Positions 59,951 through 64,000 of a stretch of DNA of 64,000 nucleotides are shown in pieces. Source of the stretch: an uncultured bacterium (GTDB taxonomy: Bacteria; Verrucomicrobiota; Verrucomicrobiia; Limisphaerales; UBA11358); NCBI GenBank assembly GCA_963708305.1, contig CAVPSH010000003.1, positions 319,957-383,956 on the forward strand, in the 5' to 3' direction. Made by a program: the position numbers and the translations under genes. Position 1 is the first letter of the stretch. Every line of letters starts with the position of its first letter. The notes under the pieces were generated by a model that saw only the letters and a list, made by a program, of their open reading frames with translations, had not been told where the DNA came from and did not search any database.

Positions 59951-60931
59951 TCAGCCAATGGATGGAAGCCGGTCATTGGCATTCCGCTTCTCAGTCCGCG
60001 AATTGAAATTTGTGTTCAATGCAATCTTCCCGCGCATTTTGCCTTGCTGCGCACGCTGATAAGCTTCGCGGGCTTGGGCTAGTGGAAAGGTTCGTTCGAT
60101 GAAAACACGAAGTTCGCCGGCATCAATCAGTTTTGCAATCTGTCCCAACTCTACTCCATCGGCCCGGACGAGCATGAACGCATCGCGGACGCGTTGCGCG
60201 ACAGCGCCTGTACTTTGCGCCGCGATGGTCACCAGCTTGCCGCCGGTATTGAGCACGCCCCAGGAACGTTCCAGGGTCCCGCCGCCTACGGTATCGAATA
60301 CGACATCAATATCGCGGACCACGTCTTCAAACCGGGTGTTTCGGTAGTCAATCACCTGTTCGGCTCCCAACATCCGGACGAAATCCAGGTTTGCGTCGGA
60401 AGCGGTCGCAATCACATGCGCCCCGCGCCACCGGGCCAGTTGCACGGCGAAGACTCCCACGCCTCCGGCGGCGCCGTGAATCAAGACGCGTTGCCCGCGT
60501 TGCACGTTGGTTTTACGCAATAGTCCCTGCCAGGCGGTCAGCGCCGAGATGGGCACAACGGCCGACTGCGCGGGGTCGAGCAGCCGTGGTTTCAGGGCCA
60601 GGGCGGTGGCCGGTGCAACGCAGTATTCGGCTTGTGCGCCGTTGGCGAACCAGTCATTGAGCCCAAAAACAGCGTGGCCAACTTTGAAATTTTCGACACC
60701 TGAGCCGAGCGCTTCAACCACACCGGAAAATTCGTGGCTTAACACGATGGGAAACGGACGCGGTTCACCCGAGGGTGTGTTGAAGGTGGGATACCACTGA
60801 AACTCGGTAGGGGTGACAGCAGCTGCAAAGACCTTGATCAGTACCTCGCCTTCCTGGGGAGCCGGCTGCGGGAGGTCACCCAAAACGAGCGATTCCGGCC
60901 CACCCCTTTTACCCAGATAAACCGCTTTCAT
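59951..60931 (-). CDS. NADPH:quinone oxidoreductase / zinc-type alcohol dehydrogenase superfamily (MDR)
   Basis: MKAVYL...GEVLIKVFAAAVTPTE... and the nucleotide-binding motif VLIHGAAGGVGVFAVQLA. 326 aa. Confidence 0.85.
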   Translation of the reverse strand: MKAVYLGKRGGPESLVLGDLPQPAPQEGEVLIKVFAAAVTPTEFQWYPTFNTPSGEPRPFPIVLSHEFSGVVEALGSGVENFKVGHAVFGLNDWFANGAQAEYCVAPATALALKPRLLDPAQSAVVPISALTAWQGLLRKTNVQRGQRVLIHGAAGGVGVFAVQLARWRGAHVIATASDANLDFVRMLGAEQVIDYRNTRFEDVVRDIDVVFDTVGGGTLERSWGVLNTGGKLVTIAAQSTGAVAQRVRDAFMLVRADGVELGQIAKLIDAGELRVFIERTFPLAQAREAYQRAQQGKMRGKIALNTNFNSRTEKRNANDRLPSIG

Positions 60932-60946
60932 GATTTGCCTTGCCGT

Positions 60947-62422
60947 TTAATTGGATGATGGCGTGGTTTCCGCAATTGAAAGCGACGTGTGTTTCCCCGC
61001 AGTCTCCCATCCGCCGCCGAGCGATTTGTAGAGGGCGACGACGTCCGTGGAAACCATCCGATCGCTTTGGACGAGCGCATCCTGTGCCTGATAGAGCGAA
61101 CGTTCGGCTTCCAGTACGTTGACAAAATCCGTCAGACCATTGGAATAAAGCTTTTTGGCCAATTCCAGGGATTGCCGACTGGACGCCACCGCATTTTCCA
61201 GCGACTGGCGGCGAAGCTGTTCATTCGCGTAGGCGACCAGGCTGTTTTCGACGTCTTCGAAGGCGGTCAACACAGTTTTTTCATAAGCGGCCAGCGCCTG
61301 TTCCTGCCGCGCATTCTGGACCTTGATATTGGCGCGAATCCGGCCGGCATCAAAAATCTTCCATTGCACTGTCGGCCCGACCGACCAGAACCGGCTCCCG
61401 ACGGTGAACCAGTCGCTCGCGCTGACGCTTTCAAATCCTCCCAGTCCGGTGAGATAAAATTTCGGGAACAAATCGGCCCGGGCGACGCCGATGTTGGCGG
61501 TCGCGGCGGCCAACTGCCGTTCGGCCTGCTGCACGTCGGGCCGGCGCCACAGCAGTTCCGAAGGCAAGCCCACGGGAACCTTTGGCGGCGCGCCCGGAAT
61601 GGGCGCGGACTTCGACAGTTCGGTCAGCAACATGCCGGGCGGCTGGCCGAGCAGGACCCCAAGGCGATGAATTGAAGCCTGGAGCGCAGTTTCCAGGGAG
61701 GGAACTTCTGCCTTGGTGGTGGCCAGCAATGTGGCGGCCTGTTGCACGTCGAGGTCGCTGGTCAGGCCGTTGGTGAACCGGTCGTGGGTGATGGCCAGGG
61801 CTTCTGCCTGTGCCTTGATGTTTTCTTTGGTAATCGCCAGTTGTCGTTGATAACCGCGCACGTCGATGTAATCACGCACCACATCTCCCAACAACGTGAT
61901 CAGTGTGGCTCGGCGGCCGTATTCAAAAGCGGCGACCTCGTCCCTGGCCGCTTCCGTTGCCCGGCGTTTGCCGCCGAACACATCAATTTCCCACGAAGCA
62001 TCAAAGCCTGCCTGATAAACATCGTTTTCAAAAGGGACACCCGGCGGAATTGGCAGCGAACCGAGCACGGGCTGGTGATGGCTGGTTCCGGCGCGGGCAT
62101 AGGAACCGGAAACCTCGGCGGACGGCCAGAGGTCCCCGGCGGCGATTCCATATTGGGCGCGTGCTTCCCGCACGCGCGCCTGGGCGATGCGCAAATCGAG
62201 GTTGGATTGCACCGCCCGGTCAATCAGCGAGTTTAGTTCGGGGTCTTTAAAATTCTTCCACCACCCGGTCAGCGAGGCCGGCGCATTCGTTTCGCCGCCG
62301 GCCGGCGGTTCGCTCCAGCGCGCGGGCGTGTTGACGACGGGGCGTTGATAGTCGGGGCCGACGGCACATCCTCCGGTTAAAACCGCCAGAAACGCCAGAA
62401 GTAACAGATGGTTTGGTTTCAT
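60947..62422 (-). CDS. Efflux-system outer membrane lipoprotein (NodT/OprM family)
   Basis: Lipobox LAVLTGG|CAVGPDYQRP. Two OEP repeats. 491 aa. Confidence 0.9.
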   Translation of the reverse strand: MKPNHLLLLAFLAVLTGGCAVGPDYQRPVVNTPARWSEPPAGGETNAPASLTGWWKNFKDPELNSLIDRAVQSNLDLRIAQARVREARAQYGIAAGDLWPSAEVSGSYARAGTSHHQPVLGSLPIPPGVPFENDVYQAGFDASWEIDVFGGKRRATEAARDEVAAFEYGRRATLITLLGDVVRDYIDVRGYQRQLAITKENIKAQAEALAITHDRFTNGLTSDLDVQQAATLLATTKAEVPSLETALQASIHRLGVLLGQPPGMLLTELSKSAPIPGAPPKVPVGLPSELLWRRPDVQQAERQLAAATANIGVARADLFPKFYLTGLGGFESVSASDWFTVGSRFWSVGPTVQWKIFDAGRIRANIKVQNARQEQALAAYEKTVLTAFEDVENSLVAYANEQLRRQSLENAVASSRQSLELAKKLYSNGLTDFVNVLEAERSLYQAQDALVQSDRMVSTDVVALYKSLGGGWETAGKHTSLSIAETTPSSN

Positions 62423-62435
62423 AATTGATTTCCTT

Positions 62436-63996
62436 TCAATGGGCCGCCATCGGGCCAGGAACTTTTACGTTTTTCAACAACAACGCTCCCACGAGGCACG
62501 CGAAGCACAGCAGCGTGAACCAGCGGAAGTTGTCGAGGTATGCGAGCAAATTGGCCTGCGTCAGCAGCGTGTGATACATCGAACCCACGGCCTGTTGATG
62601 GGCGGTGACCAGGGCGTCGCCGCGCGCGGCCAACGCCGTCGTCATGGACTGGAGGCTGGATTGATAGGCGGGGTCGTAAGGCGTCAGGTCCGCGACCAGC
62701 GTGGTTTGGTGCGACTGCGCCATCCGCGCCACGAGCGTGGTGACCATGGAAATGCCGACGCTGCCGCCCACGTTGCGCATCAGATTGAAAATGCCGCTGG
62801 CGTTGCCGATTTGTTCGGGCTTGAGTGCGCCGAGCGCCAGGGTGTTCAACGGTACAAACATGAACGCGATCGAGACGCCGCTGAAGAACAGAGGCCAGAA
62901 CAAAATCCACGGCGTGAGGTTGAGCGACAGGTGCGCGAGCGCCCAGGTCCCGAGTCCGAACGACAGGAAACCGGCGGCGACGAGGTAACGTCCCTGAATT
63001 TTGCCGACCAATCTTCCGGCGAGCGGCATCGCGACCAGCGCGCCGAGACCGCGGGGAATCATGGCCAGCCCGCTTTGCCAACGCGGTATAGCCCATCAGC
63101 GTTTGCAGGAACAGCGGGATGATGGCTGTCAGGCTGTACAGCGTCACCCCGGCAAAGAACATGAGCACCGAGCCGAGGCTGAAGTTGTAATTCTTCAAGA
63201 CGCGCAAGTCCACAAACGGTTTCTCCGCTGAAAGTTCGCGCAGGACGAACACCACCAGACCGGCGACCGCCAGCACCGCCATGAGAACGATGAAGTGCGA
63301 GCCGAACCAATCCTCTTCCTGTCCCTTGTCGAGCAGCACTTCCTGGCAGCCGAGCCAGAGCGACATGAAGCCGAAGCCAATGACATCCAGCCGTGCGGGA
63401 CGGGCGTTGCGAATCCAGTGCGGGTCGTAAATGAAACGCTGAATCAGCCACATCGCCAAAAAGTCCGCCGGGAGTTTGATGAAGAAGATCCAGCGCCAGC
63501 TATAATTGTCCGTGATCCAGCCGCCCAGCACCGGGCCGAGAATCGGCGCCGTCACCACGCCGATGCCATAAACGCCCATCGCCACGCCGTGCTTTTCCTT
63601 CGGAAAACTTTCGAGCAGGATGGATTGGGCAATCGGTTGGAACGCCCCGCCGCCCGCGCCCTGGATGACGCGCAAGGCAAGCAACATCGGCAGACTCGTG
63701 GCCAACCCGCAGAGAAACGATGCCACGGTGAACACGGTTATGCAAAACAGCAGAAAATTTTTCCGGCCAAACCGCTGTCCCAGCCACGCGCTGCTGGGAA
63801 TGACGATGGCATTGGAAATCAGGTAACTGGTCAGCACCCACGTGGCTTCATCAGCGGAGACCGAGAGGCTCCCGGCGATGTGGGTGAGCGAAACGTTGGC
63901 GATGGTGGTGTCGAGCACTTCCATGAACGTCGGCAGCATCACCGTCACTGCGATCAGCCACGGGTTTACTTTGGGTTGGGAATCGCCGGTGTTCAT
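62436..63996 (-). pseudogene. MFS drug:H+ antiporter (EmrB/QacA, DHA2 family) with a +1 frameshift at 63078
   Basis: MLPTFMEVLDTTIANVSL...LGQRFGRKN...RVIQGAGGG in ORF 62419-63996 up to LMGYTAL. Continues QSGLAMIPRGLGALVAMPLAG... in ORF 62436-63062. Confidence 0.85.
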
Positions 63997-64000
63997 GGGT

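Noticed and set aside
27968-63078. Programmed ribosomal frameshifting or transcriptional slippage as the explanation for the many +1 shifts.
   Set aside because: The sites share no slippery heptamer, no shared stimulatory structure and no common context. Several genes would need two to four events each. Random single-base indels (sequence error or mutation) explain them more simply.

Overview
GC-rich bacterial chromosomal window. It holds about 55 protein genes, one tRNA-Thr(CGU), no rRNA, no CRISPR array and no transposase or integrase. Several features point to the PVC superphylum, most likely a Verrucomicrobia-like organism (inference only): a prepilin-type/DUF1559-like protein, a DUF1573 protein, giant signal-peptide exoproteins sharing a C-terminal module, and intergenic oligomer-array repeats that translate as IYDLRFT. 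Most of the content is housekeeping: coaE, glgB, an iscA/hscB-like pair, xth, serA, nth, gmhA, hom-thrC-lysC, leuA, lepB, bioB, an Ada/Ogt-like gene, and an MFS/NodT efflux pair. Accessory content includes a secretin domain split over two ORFs, followed downstream by an operon of three giant exoproteins. Other accessory genes are a secreted alpha/beta-hydrolase, a secreted EEP nuclease/phosphatase, a B12-radical-SAM enzyme, a sulfotransferase and an NtrC-type activator. There is also an EF-hand membrane protein next to a DUF4337 protein. A minus-strand ECF-sigma-headed pilus/T2SS-like operon has two tandem GspF paralogues. Main hunt results: (1) that operon, including a GspF paralogue that reads without a stop into a pilin-like N-terminus; (2) a Leu-rich leader peptide with a terminator/antiterminator upstream of leuA; (3) an inverted heptamer-array repeat element found twice intergenically and once in-frame inside hom; (4) the split secretin; (5) about 19 single-base frameshifts between 27.9 and 63.1 kb, densest at 48.7-58.4 kb, and none detected in the first 27 kb; (6) a C-terminal module shared by four exoproteins; (7) several families of structured intergenic repeats. 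All calls come from reading the translations and sequence by eye. No database search or folding program was run.
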